From positions 1,779,760 through 1,843,759 of the forward strand of contig NC_068982.1 of the NCBI RefSeq assembly GCF_001194135.2: a DNA stretch of 64,000 nucleotides. The letters run 5' to 3'. Made by a program: the position numbers and the translations under genes. Shown here piece after piece: positions 1-13,479 of this stretch. Origin of the DNA: Octopus bimaculoides. Its lineage: Eukaryota. The stretch's first letter is position 1. Every line of letters starts with the position of its first letter. The notes under the pieces were generated by a model. That model made no database searches and was not told where the DNA came from. It was given only the letters and a program-made list of their open reading frames with translations.

Positions 1-26
1 TATATATATATATATATATATGTGTG

Positions 27-187
27 TGAAGGGTGCTGAAAAGTTCCTGTCTTTAAGGGTATCGAAGAAGGACTACCTGGAGGCCCAACCTTCCGAGTTC
101 TTTTACAAGGCTTAGAATGAGAGGGGAATATAATTGACTTATTTTCCTGTAATTTCTTTTACCCAAAGCCACGTGCTTCCCTTCGTA
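27..187. mobile_element. Small mariner-derived MITE, decayed
   Basis: Left end gaagggtgctgaaaagttcctg resembles a mariner-type TIR next to (TA)n. The right end aaagcc...cccttcgta is a decayed complement. Internal gagaggggaatat resembles the transposase C-terminal GEY codons. Confidence 0.5.
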
Positions 188-1296
188 TATATAGTCTTGG
201 GCATCACTGTATTTGTTTATGTGGTGTGGTTCGAGAGTCCCGTAATGTTGAGGAAACCGGCGCTAACCCACTATTTGTCCTCAGGTCTGCTCTGACTCAA
301 AGTAGAAGAACCTGACAGTCTCAGCTTTCCGTTAATTAGTATGTTAAGGAGGAAATTCCAAGCAGAAACCCTTCGTACTTTTTGAGTGTATATGCACGTG
401 TGTATTTACACACATTACCTGCTCCTGCTGATTAGTCACAGTTCAAGCCTTATTGAAGAAAAGGAATTAAGCCATCGCGATCACAACTTTTTACAATGTA
501 CGGAAAACACTGGTCGATATTATGCCCTATTTTTGATAAGACGGGGCATAGTATTGTCGTTAGACGGGTGCGATTTAAAGATTTGTGTAAAATTTCTAGA
601 AGATCGAACGTTTAAGTAAGATTTCTCTCGTTGCCTGATACGGAAAAGTGTGAGAGATAAGTGATTGTTTTATCAAAAGTACGTATGTGAACACAAACAC
701 GTGTATGCATGTGGATGTGTGACCGGGTGAGTGTGTGAGAAAGAAAGAAAAAAGCGATTATACGCATTCATATTTATCACTGGAACTCATATATATACAT
801 ATATTTTTATTATTTTTGACAGGACATGGTACTACAAGAATCCATTTTTCTTTCTTCTCTTATTGTCTAGATTGTTTGAAAGAACTTGCCGATATCAATG
901 AATAGTTTGCTTTTCACGCAAGAAAATATTCTGAATAGAGGAAATTCTGCAGATTTTTTTCAGTACAATTTTCTAGCAACGATCCGCCGATATGTATGTT
1001 TAAAAATAAATTCATAAAATATGAAGAAAAGACAATATTTCCGTGTGGGAAAACACTCAGCTGTTTTGTTAAAATCATCATTTTGTTGCTGATTGTATGC
1101 ATAACTTGCTATCAACGTGCTCTCCATAATATGATTGATAAATGTGTCACAGACAAACCTCCGAATTCTGCGTACATAAGCACACATCTTTCACCGAAAC
1201 GCATTCATTCTGACAGCTATATCCCACGTACACATCCACAGGTACACAAACGTATAAACGTAGACTCATATGTGTGTGCGTGTGTGCGTGTATATA

Positions 1297-1349
<53 letters not shown>

Positions 1350-1484
1350 ACGTTTACATAGAAACAGTCAAATATGTATATAGATATTTGTAGATGAATG
1401 TATGTATGCATGTAGGCGTTTGCATACGCACACACACACACACACAAACAGGCACACACACACACACAGAGACACGCATATAAA

Positions 1485-1875
1485 GGCGCAGGAGTGGCTG
1501 TATGGTAAGTAGCTTGCATACCAACCACATGGTTCGGGTTCGGTCCCACTACGTGGCACCTTGGACAGATGTCTTCTACCACAGCCTCGGGCCCAACAAA
1601 GCCTTGTGAGTGGATTTGATAGACGGAAACTAAAAGAAACCCGTAGTATGTATGTATATGTACGTGTGTATATATGCTTGTGTGTATGTTTCCCCCCTCC
1701 ATCACTTGACAACCGAGGTTGATGTGCTTACGTCCCCGTAACTTAGCGGTTCGGCAAACGAGACCAATAGAATAAGTACTAGGTCTACAACGAATAAGTT
1801 CTGGGGTCGATTAACGGGGGTGCTCCAGTATGGCCACAGTCAAATAACTGAAACTAGTAAAAGAATAAAAGAATA
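1485..1875 (+). mobile_element. tRNA-derived SINE, dominant family (family A), full length
   Basis: Head ggcgcaggagtggctgtatggtaag (A-box-like) and ggttcgggttcggtccc (B-box-like), internal (TA)/(TG) tract, tail ggtgctccagtatggcc...gaaactagtaaaagaataaaagaat. More than 10 related copies in the window. Confidence 0.9.
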
Positions 1876-3144
1876 TATATATATATGTATATATATGTAN
1901 NNNNNNNNNNNNNNNNNNNNNNNNATATATATATATATATATATATATATAATCACTGTATGTACAGCATAACTGTTTGTGTTCCTCCATATTAAATTTA
2001 GTATGAGAATTGCGAATATACTTTTTATTATTTAGAAGTAAATTTGTTGAAGTTATTTTGAATTGCTGATTATTTATTCGAAATGATTATATTTTGTAAG
2101 TTGTGTGTGTGTATCTGTACTTGAGGACAGATACATATATGAAATAAGGATGGAGACATGATTATATAAATATAGATTGCAGCACTATATTTGTATATTG
2201 GCCTTCTATGTATATATAAAACGTGTAGTTATGTGTGGGTATGCATATAATAGTTTAAATGTGTGTGCGTGTGCATGTGTGTGTTTGTGCTTATATAGAT
2301 AGTGAGAGTGGAAGAGAGAGAAAAGAGAGAGACAACTTAAAGAGAACCTCACAAAAAATATTGAAAGTCAAGCAGTCATTGTTGCCGTATTTACAGAACT
2401 CAGTGATTTAGAATTTGTTACGTATCAGATTACATTTTGTACATAAAGTTTGGATGGAAATGGAAGACTCTCGAACGAAAGTGTCAACTGTATGAAAGAG
2501 AAAAAGAACAACATTCTAAATATTCGGATTATTAATATAATCACGCAGTAATTACTCAACGGATTCATAACATTTTCGGTTATGAGTCCAGAAATCAATG
2601 ATGGTTATCGGCCAAGAAATTCATGCAGCTGAATGGACTATCACAATTGTTAGGCGGGAGGACAATCGATACAAGTCATATGAAATAAGGAGCGTCCAAT
2701 TCATATTCGCAGTTTAATCCGTGCTAAGCGGCTACTTATTAAGGCTAAATCCCTCACAAACATAGCGTACTTTATTTCTTCTCTAATAAGAAAAACAGTT
2801 GCATCAAGAGCAAAAGTCTACCAGCAGAACTGATAGACGATTATGTGTACATCCTTCCGATGCTTCTAGACTGATTCACACTAAGTATCTAGCATCTGGC
2901 AATTCTGTTGGTTTTACGAGTGGTGAGAATCGTAGATCAGGTTAAGCCATCTCACATCTCTCTACGCCATTTTGACTCAGCATCATAGTTGATGAACAGG
3001 CCATCATCTATTTCCACCGTAATGGCGGATTTTGTCCCTATTACAATCTAGGGACGTATTAGTAAAATCCATAAAATACTGATGTGAATTTTGAATCCCA
3101 TTTGTCTTCTTTTTTTTACACGCACGCGCGCACACATATATATT

Positions 3145-3530
3145 CTTTTATTCTTCTATTTGTTTCAGCTATGCGGCTGCGGTCATGTTGGAGCACCACC
3201 GTGGTTTTGCTTCGATACTTATGATTATCCTTTGGCTGACTTCCACAACGTAGTCAGGTTTCACATCACCGCTCCTCTATGAGCCTCTGTGTCAGCTGTT
3301 GGCCCATTTGGTGTATGAAGGTGTTTGACTGCACTGCCCTCATCTTTACCTCAAACTGGGCCGTTGGTTCATCCTGTATTGTGGAGGGGAGGCTGTCTCG
3401 TTCCTTTTTGAAAACATCTACGTCCGCATTATGTAGGTTTTTTAATTCTTGTGAGCAGGGCATTGAAAAGTTGTGGGCCTTTAAACCGTAGGCCATTGCA
3501 GTACATTGTCTTGAATTTTCATTCATGGGG
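3145..3530 (-). mobile_element. CR1/L2-group LINE 3' end (ORF2 C-terminus plus 3' UTR)
   Basis: Minus strand encodes ...ELKNLHNADVDVFKKERDSLPSTIQDEPTAQFEVKMRAVQSNTFIHQM, homologous to the 29.1 kb copy. The 3' UTR ends ggtgctccaacatgaccgcagcc...gaaacaaatagaagaataaaagaata. Confidence 0.85.
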
Positions 3531-3685
3531 TGGGACTTTGGCGTCCAGTTCTGACATTTATATAATATTCAGTGCCGAAATTAAGGACTAACTCTTCTAG
3601 AGTTTTCCATATGTAGAATATTATATATCTGTCCAGCCTTTGCTCCAGGGAGTTAAGTCGTAGTTCTTTGAGCTCCTCCCTGTAG

Positions 3686-3734
<49 letters not shown>

Positions 3735-4518
3735 GGGCGGCATTTTAGTGCATATATGAGCGTACGTGTATGTATATAAGGACAGAAAAATGTCCTCTAT
3801 ACAGAGGCAACATTTCAAAAGTTTAGTTTGTTTTTAGTTTATCGCTTTTATCGCTAAATTTCATTTTATTTCGCAAATGCTGATGCCTTCATTTTTACTC
3901 GCAAACAAGAAACTCAACACTGCCAGTTCTCTTGTTAATGTCGATATTATTGTTGTTCCCACGCTTGTTGTCATTATTCCTGCGTTACTCACTGTCACTC
4001 TTCCATTGTTAAACCTGATTAAATTTAAATATATCTTCATTGTCATTTTCATATTTTGGAGTTCTTGAGTACATTCTTCCCCTGTTCTAGTCATTCTTGT
4101 GGCAGCTGTTATCAGTCTTGAAATTATTTCTCAATTTTTTTTGAAGAAGAGTTATCACATTGTTGTTATTGGTTTTTAGACTATTAAACCCATCGCCTAT
4201 ATTTTTATCAACAATTTTATTTTCATATAAATGTTGATCCGTCTAACTAACAATCGTTTTCAAGTGAAAAATTTCTAGAAATCGAATTGGTATATATCAA
4301 AATAACGTTATCTATTGGGTTTTGCATTCACTATACAGTCATACATATATAATTCTGTGTGTGTGTGTGTGTGTGTGTGTGTATACGTGTGGACATGTGT
4401 GCGTGTCTTTGTGTGTGTATGCATCTGAATATAAGTTAATATATATTATGTGTATATCAGTTAATCTTGCAAACCAAAATACAAATACAAACTATATATA
4501 TATATATANNNNNNNNNN

Positions 4519-4563
<45 letters not shown>

Positions 4564-4812
4564 ATAACCAAACAGAAAACCATAGATACTCAATGTATGT
4601 AATAAAAACTATGAGCGAGGGGGCGAGAGATAGCAAGACAGGGAGTGAAAATAGTAAATAGATCATATTTGAGTTACAGTCATAAATAATCAAGTCGAAT
4701 ATATTCACATTCTAGCTTTCATTCGTGCAAGCTCATTCAGCATTCATTTACGTACATAATTGCCTATACACGTATGCATGCGCGCGCACGCACATACACA
4801 CACACACACACA

Positions 4813-4854
<42 letters not shown>

Positions 4855-5162
4855 GATATAAAATTCTAATGAGTAAGTATACGTCAAAAATCGTATAATA
4901 AACACAGACAATTAGTGTTCAGACCAGGCCAGACCAGATATCTAAAAGCAAATGTCGAATGGGGGGAGTCGAATTCCAGGTGAAGAAATGATACCTACAG
5001 GCAATGTATTGTGGGTCTAATAATGATTGTAATATAATAAACCAAAAGATATACTGGCAGAGTTGTTGATCTGTGATATTAGAGTATAAACTGTTAGGAT
5101 ATTTACCCATCTATATGGAATTCCTATGAACTTTAGCTTGCCTGATTTACCTGCGTTTCGCT

Positions 5163-5228
<66 letters not shown>

Positions 5229-5236
5229 TCTTTCTC

Positions 5237-5280
<44 letters not shown>

Positions 5281-7137
5281 TCTGGAACATCGAGAATCAG
5301 CCCTCCTTATTCCAAGTTCAATGATTTGAACCCAAATGCCGCTCGCTAAACCTGTTTCTTTACCATGCACACATGTCATTATACTTGGAGAACCATGCAT
5401 TCTCATATTCGTACATACGATGAACAGTGTGACGAACCTGAAGAGATATATATTCGCTAGTATATATACATGATTTGCATAAAATGAAGATTACTCGACG
5501 AGGGAATAAGTATTTTATTGCGAGCAGTGTGTGCATGTGTGTATATATGTGTCTGTGTGTGTGAGCGCGCGTCGTCCACCGAGGATACACACTCTTCTGT
5601 AATATGCAAATAGCGATGCAGTACAGCAAATTAAGATTTGTTAAAACTACCAATGTTGTGGCAACGTAACTAATATTCTAAATACACTATCAATGAATTA
5701 TATCTTCAAGTTTGTCTGACAGTTTAGATTGCTTAGGTTAGTTGCTATATGGAATATTCTTTCAACATTCTTTCAAAAATGTTAGTAACATTCTCACAAA
5801 AGAATGGGGAAGCAGTATTTTCTTCTGGACACTTCCATGTAACACTTCCTAAACCAGGTCCGGTTATTGATACAATTATGAAAATAATAGTTAAAAGTGC
5901 TCATGACAAAATGGATGAGAAGTGGATAACCATGAATATAGTTTCCAAAGCCGTTCTCTCCTAAGACTGCGCTTTCATACTATCTATGTCGACTTTACAC
6001 CATTTCAATCGAACGCTTTCGGAAAGGAAAAATAAAAAAGAAAAAAATGCAAGTTCACAAAATATGAATTTCATGGTTATCCATAAACTTGTAGCGATCT
6101 TATAGTTTTCAAATAATCGTGAAATTTCCAAGGGAATTGCTACTTATAACACTAAATCTGTATTTCAAATATATATTGATTTCTTATACATCGGCTCGTC
6201 ATTTATTTATTTATCTATTTATTTATATTTGCATTGATTGATTTACAACGTTTTCCCAATTTTTTTTACGTATATCATTTTCTACTTTCATAGTTTTATA
6301 CGGCTATAATGTTGACCGTTGTAATTTAACTATATTCAACATATTTTAACCGATTCTCCACTTGTTCGTAAATATTTACCAAATATCCTCTATATTTACT
6401 TATTCGTCACATAATTTCAATGTTCTCCGTATATGCGCGTGCATGTGTGTATGGTTGTATGTATTACCTATATATTTGCATAATGTTTAATGCTCTCTTA
6501 TATTAATGAATTTGGTGACTTCATGGACATCTATAGATTTGGAGCTCAGAATTCTGGATGTTAACAGTTTGGTATTTTTGTCTTTCCGTTTGGTTTCCTA
6601 TTTTATTTATCTGCAGTTCATGCGCTACTGCACGAAAATGTGTACACTTATATTTCTCATGCGTATATGTATAGATTTGCATAAAATCTATACAATTTCA
6701 TGCACACTTTTATACATCTGAGCATACTGAATGTGTATATGTATGAATATGTGGAGATATGAATATAGGTATGTGTGAGTATATGTACATGTATACTTGC
6801 GTGTATATTCATGTGTAAATAAGAATGAATATATATATAATTAAGATTTAGTTAAATCAGGTACTTAAATTGAGACACCTTGCTACTTCGGTATAGTCCG
6901 CAGAGCCCAACAATATTATTTGAATATTGAATATCAAGATTCCGTATAGGGGTGTTTGTACCTTATACTCCTGTAGTCTGTGCAGACAACATAACTCAGG
7001 TGAGTGAAGATATCGGCTCTTGGTAAATAAGACATGTACTTTTGCTAAAGGTACTTTCTATAGTATTTCTGAAGTGCAGATTCCGATGGGTTAGTTGAAC
7101 AGAATGTAAATAAGTAACAAAGATTACAGGTGTTAAT

Positions 7138-7222
7138 TCATTACAGCCGTTTCAAGCGGCTCCATTTAATTGGTTAGTGAAAACATTACATCAATTTGAA
7201 AGAAACTGCTCTCTTCAGATGA
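7138..7222 (-). ncRNA. Type I hammerhead ribozyme motif with extended stem II (PLE-type)
   Basis: Minus RNA reads UCAU-CUGAAGA-GAGC...GCUU-GAAA-CGGCUGUA/AUGA. It has a canonical core, 4-bp stem I (UCAU:AUGA), a GUA triplet and a near-palindromic stem III. The stem II insert contains the hairpin AAUUG...CAAUU. Confidence 0.65.
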
Positions 7223-8339
7223 CCCTATAGATTTTAAACATAAACGATACACCATTTCTAACAAGTTTACACCAATAATAGAAACCGAACTAATTACATT
7301 GTTTTCCTATGTTATATTGGTGGCAGAATGAGTTTAGAAAATAATGCATATCTTATCAAGCCTACTGTAATTTAGAGAATAGCAGAGGAAAATTGTAGGG
7401 GGGTATATATATATATATATATNNNNNNNNNNNNNNNNNNNNNNNNNNNNNNNNNNNNNNNNNNNNNNNNNNNNNNNNNNNNNNNNNNNNNNNNNNNNNN
7501 NNNNNNNNNNNNNNNNNNNNNNNNNNNNNNNNNNNNNNNNNNNNNNNNNNNNNNNNNNNNNNNNNNNNNNNNNNNNNNNNNNNNNNNNNNNNNNNNNNNN
7601 NNNNNNNNNNNNNNNNNNNNNNATATATATATATATATATATACATACATGTACATGCTTCTATATCTACATACATATATATATATATACAGTTGTCTGA
7701 GCATTTTATATCAATGCATACCCATTGTTTGCACTCGCTCACTCACTCACAGACATACAGACAGACACCCCCTACACACAGACACACAAACTGAATATAG
7801 GCATTCACGCTATATAAGCGGTAAGGTGACTTACAGATGACCTAAACCCGACGGGCTCCGATACACTTCATAGAATCTTCATAGCTCATGCCACATTGAA
7901 TACACAACGCTATTTATATCCACAATCAAAGAAATATTTAGACTTGAAACTATTTGATAGACAATCCTATGAACGTCTCAGTAGCCATCAGGCAGCCGTC
8001 TTCAGTTATGTGTGTTTACATTCACGACAGGACTTTTCAAGTATTGTTCATAAAAAAAATCATTCATATCAATTTATCAGCGAATAAACAAATAATTAAA
8101 ATATCCTATCTACAGTTGTTATCAATACATTAAGATTAATTTTCGCTAATTACTGTGAAAGCGCGTGGTATAGAGGTTAGACTTATTGGCCCATCTACAG
8201 GAAGGTCTTGTGTTCAATTCCCAGAACTGAGCACACACAAAATTTGATTTATGAAATGTTTGTGATATGTTTTCAGCAACAAATCTAGGTTTAGGTATGA
8301 CCTGTATTTTTGATATCGTACAAAGTCACGACTGTCAGA

Positions 8340-9330
8340 ATCCATAAATAACTGACACACTTTTTTCCTAGCTTTGATTCTCGAAGGAATTCAAACCCCG
8401 TTTCGTGGTTCGCTACCTTAACAGCTCCTTTATAGTATCCAGTGACTAAGGACATCATCAAGAGGAACCACGTCCGGTTTCGGCTCCTACTCCTCTGCTG
8501 TTTTCGAAGTGGTGGGGCGCCCCCTTTCGGAGGTGTCTTTAGCTCTGGTGTTGAGTGCGTTTTTTTTTTCGTTTTTTTTTTTGGCCTTTTATTCTTTGGT
8601 TTCTTCGATGCAGCACCAACGAATGTCAGCAGGTGAATGTCCACTCTGCCAAATTTACTAATTTGGTGGTCATTCTTGTTACCTCGTCGTCGAATTTCTT
8701 ATAGCTAGCTGCGTCGTTTGCTTTCGGCCACTTAATCTTTGGCTTTTTCCCGACTATCTCTCTCCCTAGCTGTTCCGATTTAACTGTGGAATGACCTTCG
8801 CTATGGTTTCTTTCCAGGAGGTTCTGGCCACGTGTCTTCTGGTTTTTCAACCCGCGCTGTTGAATCACTTTCTTCTGACACCTTTCCTTGGTGAATTCTA
8901 AGCCCGATGTAACTAGAAAACACCTTTCCTCATCTACCTTTCTTTTAGCGCTTCCTTTCTCGTTGTCCATCTCCGGTTCGGGTCTATTCCTTTCTTTTGT
9001 AATTCTTTGATCTTTTCTTCTCGCCGCGTAATCCGGGATCATGGGAGCATCATGATTACTTGTTGCAACTTTACCCCAGATCGAGCTGCAAGACCATTTG
9101 ATCCTTCGCTACACTGTTGTACTGTCAAGCGTCTCTCCGTTTTGTCATCCCGCTTTCTGGATTGTCAACAAGTCTTTTCTTGCAGTCAGTATCTGAGGAA
9201 TTCCAACCACGTTTCGGGTTTGTTACGTCGACAGCTCCTTTATAGGATCCAGTGGTTAATGACATCATCAGATCTATATGTACTGAATAAATAAACACCT
9301 TTCTTACTGTGTGTGTTGGCATATAAACTC
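8340..9330 (-). mobile_element. HERO/NeSL-like RLE non-LTR retrotransposon, 5' part with internal deletion
   Basis: Minus strand gives the zinc-finger-like GKVFSSYIGLRIHQGK (adjacent frame) and KPKIKWPKANDAASYKKFDDEV, matching the N-terminal CGK..GL.IHQ and I.WP.AN....FD..V motifs of this clade. Flanked by two copies of an ~85-nt motif. Confidence 0.7.
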
Positions 9331-9705
9331 TAAGACGTTCAATCATGTTACTAATTTTCGCCTAAGCTGCTCGAAATAATATATGTCTCTTTAATCATGT
9401 TGTATAATTCAAAATCATATGACAACGAACGGTTTTAACGCTTCTCCGTTCTGTTATTTAAGTATTTATTACATTACTTGAACGGGGTAAGATTTTTGGA
9501 AGCGCAGACGTTGTAATCCCTCCGTAACAAGAGTGTAAGGTCAGTTTTGGTAGCACTGATAGTGCATTGGGATAGGAAAGAGTTTCAGGAACGGATGAAG
9601 ACAAATATACTCGAGAACATAAATTATAATCAAATTTCGTTCCTTCTAGTTTGGTGGTTCAGTTCTGCTAATTTGTGGAAGGTCCTTTGAGTGACCCATA
9701 CTAAC

Positions 9706-9768
9706 CTGCATCTCCCGTTTAAAAGTATTTAAGAACGGCAACACACAGTCTTCATAAATTAGGAGAGC
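9706..9768 (-). CDS. Candidate 63-nt phase 0/0 coding exon (ALLIYEDCVLPFLNTFKREMQ), gene unknown
   Basis: Minus strand: ttggttatttag|GCT...CAG|gttagt, open frame and non-repetitive sequence. No family recognised. Confidence 0.3.
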
Positions 9769-10579
9769 CTAAATAACCAAATTAGATGTTGAGCCAAATA
9801 GATTGTAGCATATCTACTATTGTATATACGTATTTAATGAATGTTACAGCGCTATTTTTGCATTTTACAACGATGGATAAATCCAGTTATTCATCTAGCC
9901 TAAAACAAGAAAAGGTCTGCATATCAATTAATGTAAGCGGACAGTTAGAAAGTTAGAAATCAACAGGGTCCGTGCGAAAGAAGGAAAAAAGATGGCGAGA
10001 GAAAGAGAGAGCTCAGAGCAATAAATACGGAGAAAAGATGAAAGGAAATAGATTGATAGGTTGAGAATGGGGACTTTCAACCGGCAGGGATTATTGATTT
10101 GATGTAATGGAGTGGTGTGTCGCACAAAAGTCAAAGAAGACTTAAGTTCATCGCTTTCAAAAGCGCTTGGCATGTTCTCCTACTGGAGTAAATTACAAAT
10201 AAGAAATCAGTTGATTTTTTTCTTTCTATTTTATATTAAATATACAATCCGATTCTCTCATGCAATTTATTCACCTTGATATCATAGCCGTCCTTGCAGT
10301 AACAACATTGAACTCTGATTCTATCGAGGTTTGGCTGTTATTCGTGACATATTGATCGTCTATAATAACTCTGAGGAAGGTTATAAAAACCCATCTCGCC
10401 AAATCTACATGAGGCGTGATGGAACAGATCTTTGATGGAAAACTTTTGAAGTAGAACAAGGACTATGAATTTCTGTGTATATTTGACTGGGAGCTTCACC
10501 ATCTTGTACGTTGTAACCCTTGATTCAGTAGATCTTTCAATCACCAAGGGTATTCTCAAATATAAACGCATTTTGTTTG

Positions 10580-10865
10580 TGTGGTAAAGAAGTTCGCTTG
10601 GCAAACACGTGGTTTCCGGTTCAGACCCATCTTTGGCACCTTAAGTATCTGCCTTCTACTCTTCTCTTGTGCCAACCAAAGCATATACATACATGCATAC
10701 ATATACACCCATACACACATATGTATGTATATGTAATGTGCGTGCGTGCGTTTTGTCTTTGTCTCTCCCCACGACTGATTGATAACTGGGATTGATTTGT
10801 TCGACTAACCCTTGAAGGTGATGCTCCAGTATGGCTGCATTGCAATGACTGAAACGAATTAACCA
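10580..10865 (+). mobile_element. Degenerate family A SINE
   Basis: Decayed head (ggtaaagaagttcgc...ggttcagaccc) and tail ggtgatgctccagtatggctgc...gactgaaac. Confidence 0.6.
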
Positions 10866-12208
10866 ATGAGGTTAGCACAGTTTACCACGGACTACATTAC
10901 AAAAAGCGTTCTTCCATGTTATTCTTGCTGTTCATTTTCCAGGTCAGTCGGCCAAGTTTGTCATGATACTCTGTGCATTCTATTGCTAATTGATGGTACT
11001 TGTATTGCGATGCGGTTCATAGAAAAGGGTTGAGTGCAATATTTTCGGAACAAATCCAAGCAAGTTTTTAAAGACCGAAGTTGCTGAAAAAGCCATTCTG
11101 TATTACCAGAACGCTTTCGTTGCATGGCTTCTAGACAGAAACGTACACAGGCATACACACATACCAACATACATAGAGACATGTACACGTACACATACAT
11201 GCACACATGTACACACGAGGAAATAGTTTTGACGCATTCATTTTTAACATATGTAAGTTCCATAGTTTTTTTCATTTTTTATTTTTGTGTAGATCAATGT
11301 AGGGAAGCCACGAAAAGTTTCCCATTAACATGACACCGATTACCTTATATTAAAACTGTTGGTAATTAATCTTTAGACAATCGCTCAGTAAATTAAAATT
11401 TAAGGCCAAACGTGAGTTCGGAAATTAGGTTTTGTACAACACCGGTGTCATGTGACCGATTGAGGCTTAATTCGACTTCACGCATTGAGGTAAATACAAA
11501 ACGGCCAGTCGAGTTTCACTATTAGAAACCCATTTACTAGTAATTCGAGATGTTTATCCGAGCGGATAAACATCTTTCCTATTATGTATCTACTAAATAC
11601 AAGAAAATAAGTCACTAAATATTACACAGTACAATGTTTTTTAAATGTGTAACTACGACGTTTAGCACCAGCAAGTCTATTTAGATACCTACCTAACAAA
11701 CGATATAGCCACGTGGCTAGAATTCAAATCAGTTTCTAATCATTGATAATCTTAATTATCTGCAATTTTTCCTATTTATCTCAAAGTTTAGGATTAAATT
11801 AAGGAATCTATAGCAATTTATTAAATATAATCTAATATTTTTGTATGATTCGAAATGCACGCCTAAACACGTGCATAAGAATGCATCTTATTTTGTAAAT
11901 AAAGGCAGCTTGCCAACGTAATGATTATCAGGATTATCAGGATTATCAGGATTATCAGGATAGTTATGTAATTATCAATAAAACAGTCTGTCTCTATAGC
12001 AACAAGGAAAATATATATTATACTATGCTTTACTAATGCGGTTTGAACGGACAGAAACATATTCGCTCTAGATACAGTAACAGCCGAAGACCAGAGTCAA
12101 TTTTTAGCACTTTATTATTTAAATTTTAATCATTTGAAATTCCGGAGTAAGCTAACTTGCATTTCTTGGCAAGAGTTCTCATTAACGTTCAACACTTTCC
12201 TCCTTTGT

Positions 12209-12722
<514 letters not shown>

Positions 12723-13210
12723 TTATTATTATTATTGAGTGAGAGAGCAGTGCGTGCCATCAAAGTGACACTGGGCTAAAATATACGAAACCTAGTTTAC
12801 CCATCATGACTACCTGTCTGATAAAGTTACACCAGGCACATGCATCACAACCATATGTGCGCGACATAGTGATCTCATATCAAGATAAACAGCGCATGAC
12901 CTTGCAGGTGGGGCCCAGTTAGAATTTTCTTCAGGCCAAGTAGCCCATCCCACTCAAAATGCCCCTGAATAAGGGCTGTTTAAGGATGTTGAACGACACA
13001 CACGTTTCCAAAGGTTAATTATCCAAACACCAAAGAATTCTCCTCAACACATGGCTACGATGCTCCCCCCCTACTTCTTCTCGTGATCAGACATGCATAT
13101 ATTGTCAGCCACTATGGGACATGCTCAGTTGGTTAAGGTCAAGCAACTGACTAGCAAATCTATGGTACTGAGCACAATATTTGCTGTAGCCCATCTTCTA
13201 TAAATATTAT
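12723..13210 (-). mobile_element. Non-autonomous (TAA)n-tailed interspersed repeat
   Basis: About 470-bp GC-richer block bounded by (TTA)n at both ends, with no ORF. Recognised as an abundant octopus-type repeat from memory only. Confidence 0.55.
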
Positions 13211-13479
13211 TATTATTAAGGATTCCATTTATTTTGGTTCATTATCTTATGTTTGTAAGCTGGCAATTAAATATTTTTATGGAAATAAAGTTCAAATACT
13301 TCGGTGTGTGTCTGTCTTCAATTAAAGATCTCCTTACACAATGACTAATTAATGAAAATCTCTTGTTAAGTATGTATATTTTTGGAATTCAGCCCTTTAC
13401 AAGTCAGTCAAGGATTCATAAAACCCGAAAACTTCTTTAATTTCTTCATCTTTGATGTATAATAAACATTTGTTTCAAA

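Noticed and set aside
5749-5964. 71-aa ORF as a gene or terminal exon
   Set aside because: No recognisable motif, the antisense frames are similarly open, and the length is compatible with chance.
7971-8005. Hammerhead-like CUGAAGA...GAGAC GUU on minus
   Set aside because: GAAA is mutated, stem II is broken and there is no stem I; at most a decayed relic.
8160-8235. tRNA gene
   Set aside because: A-box and B-box-like motifs only, with no cloverleaf; a decayed SINE head.
8379-9273. C/D-box snoRNA or hammerhead reading of the duplicated motif
   Set aside because: UGAUGA is present but there is no 3' CUGA box D. GAAAC lies in a hairpin loop and no stem II can form between the putative core halves.
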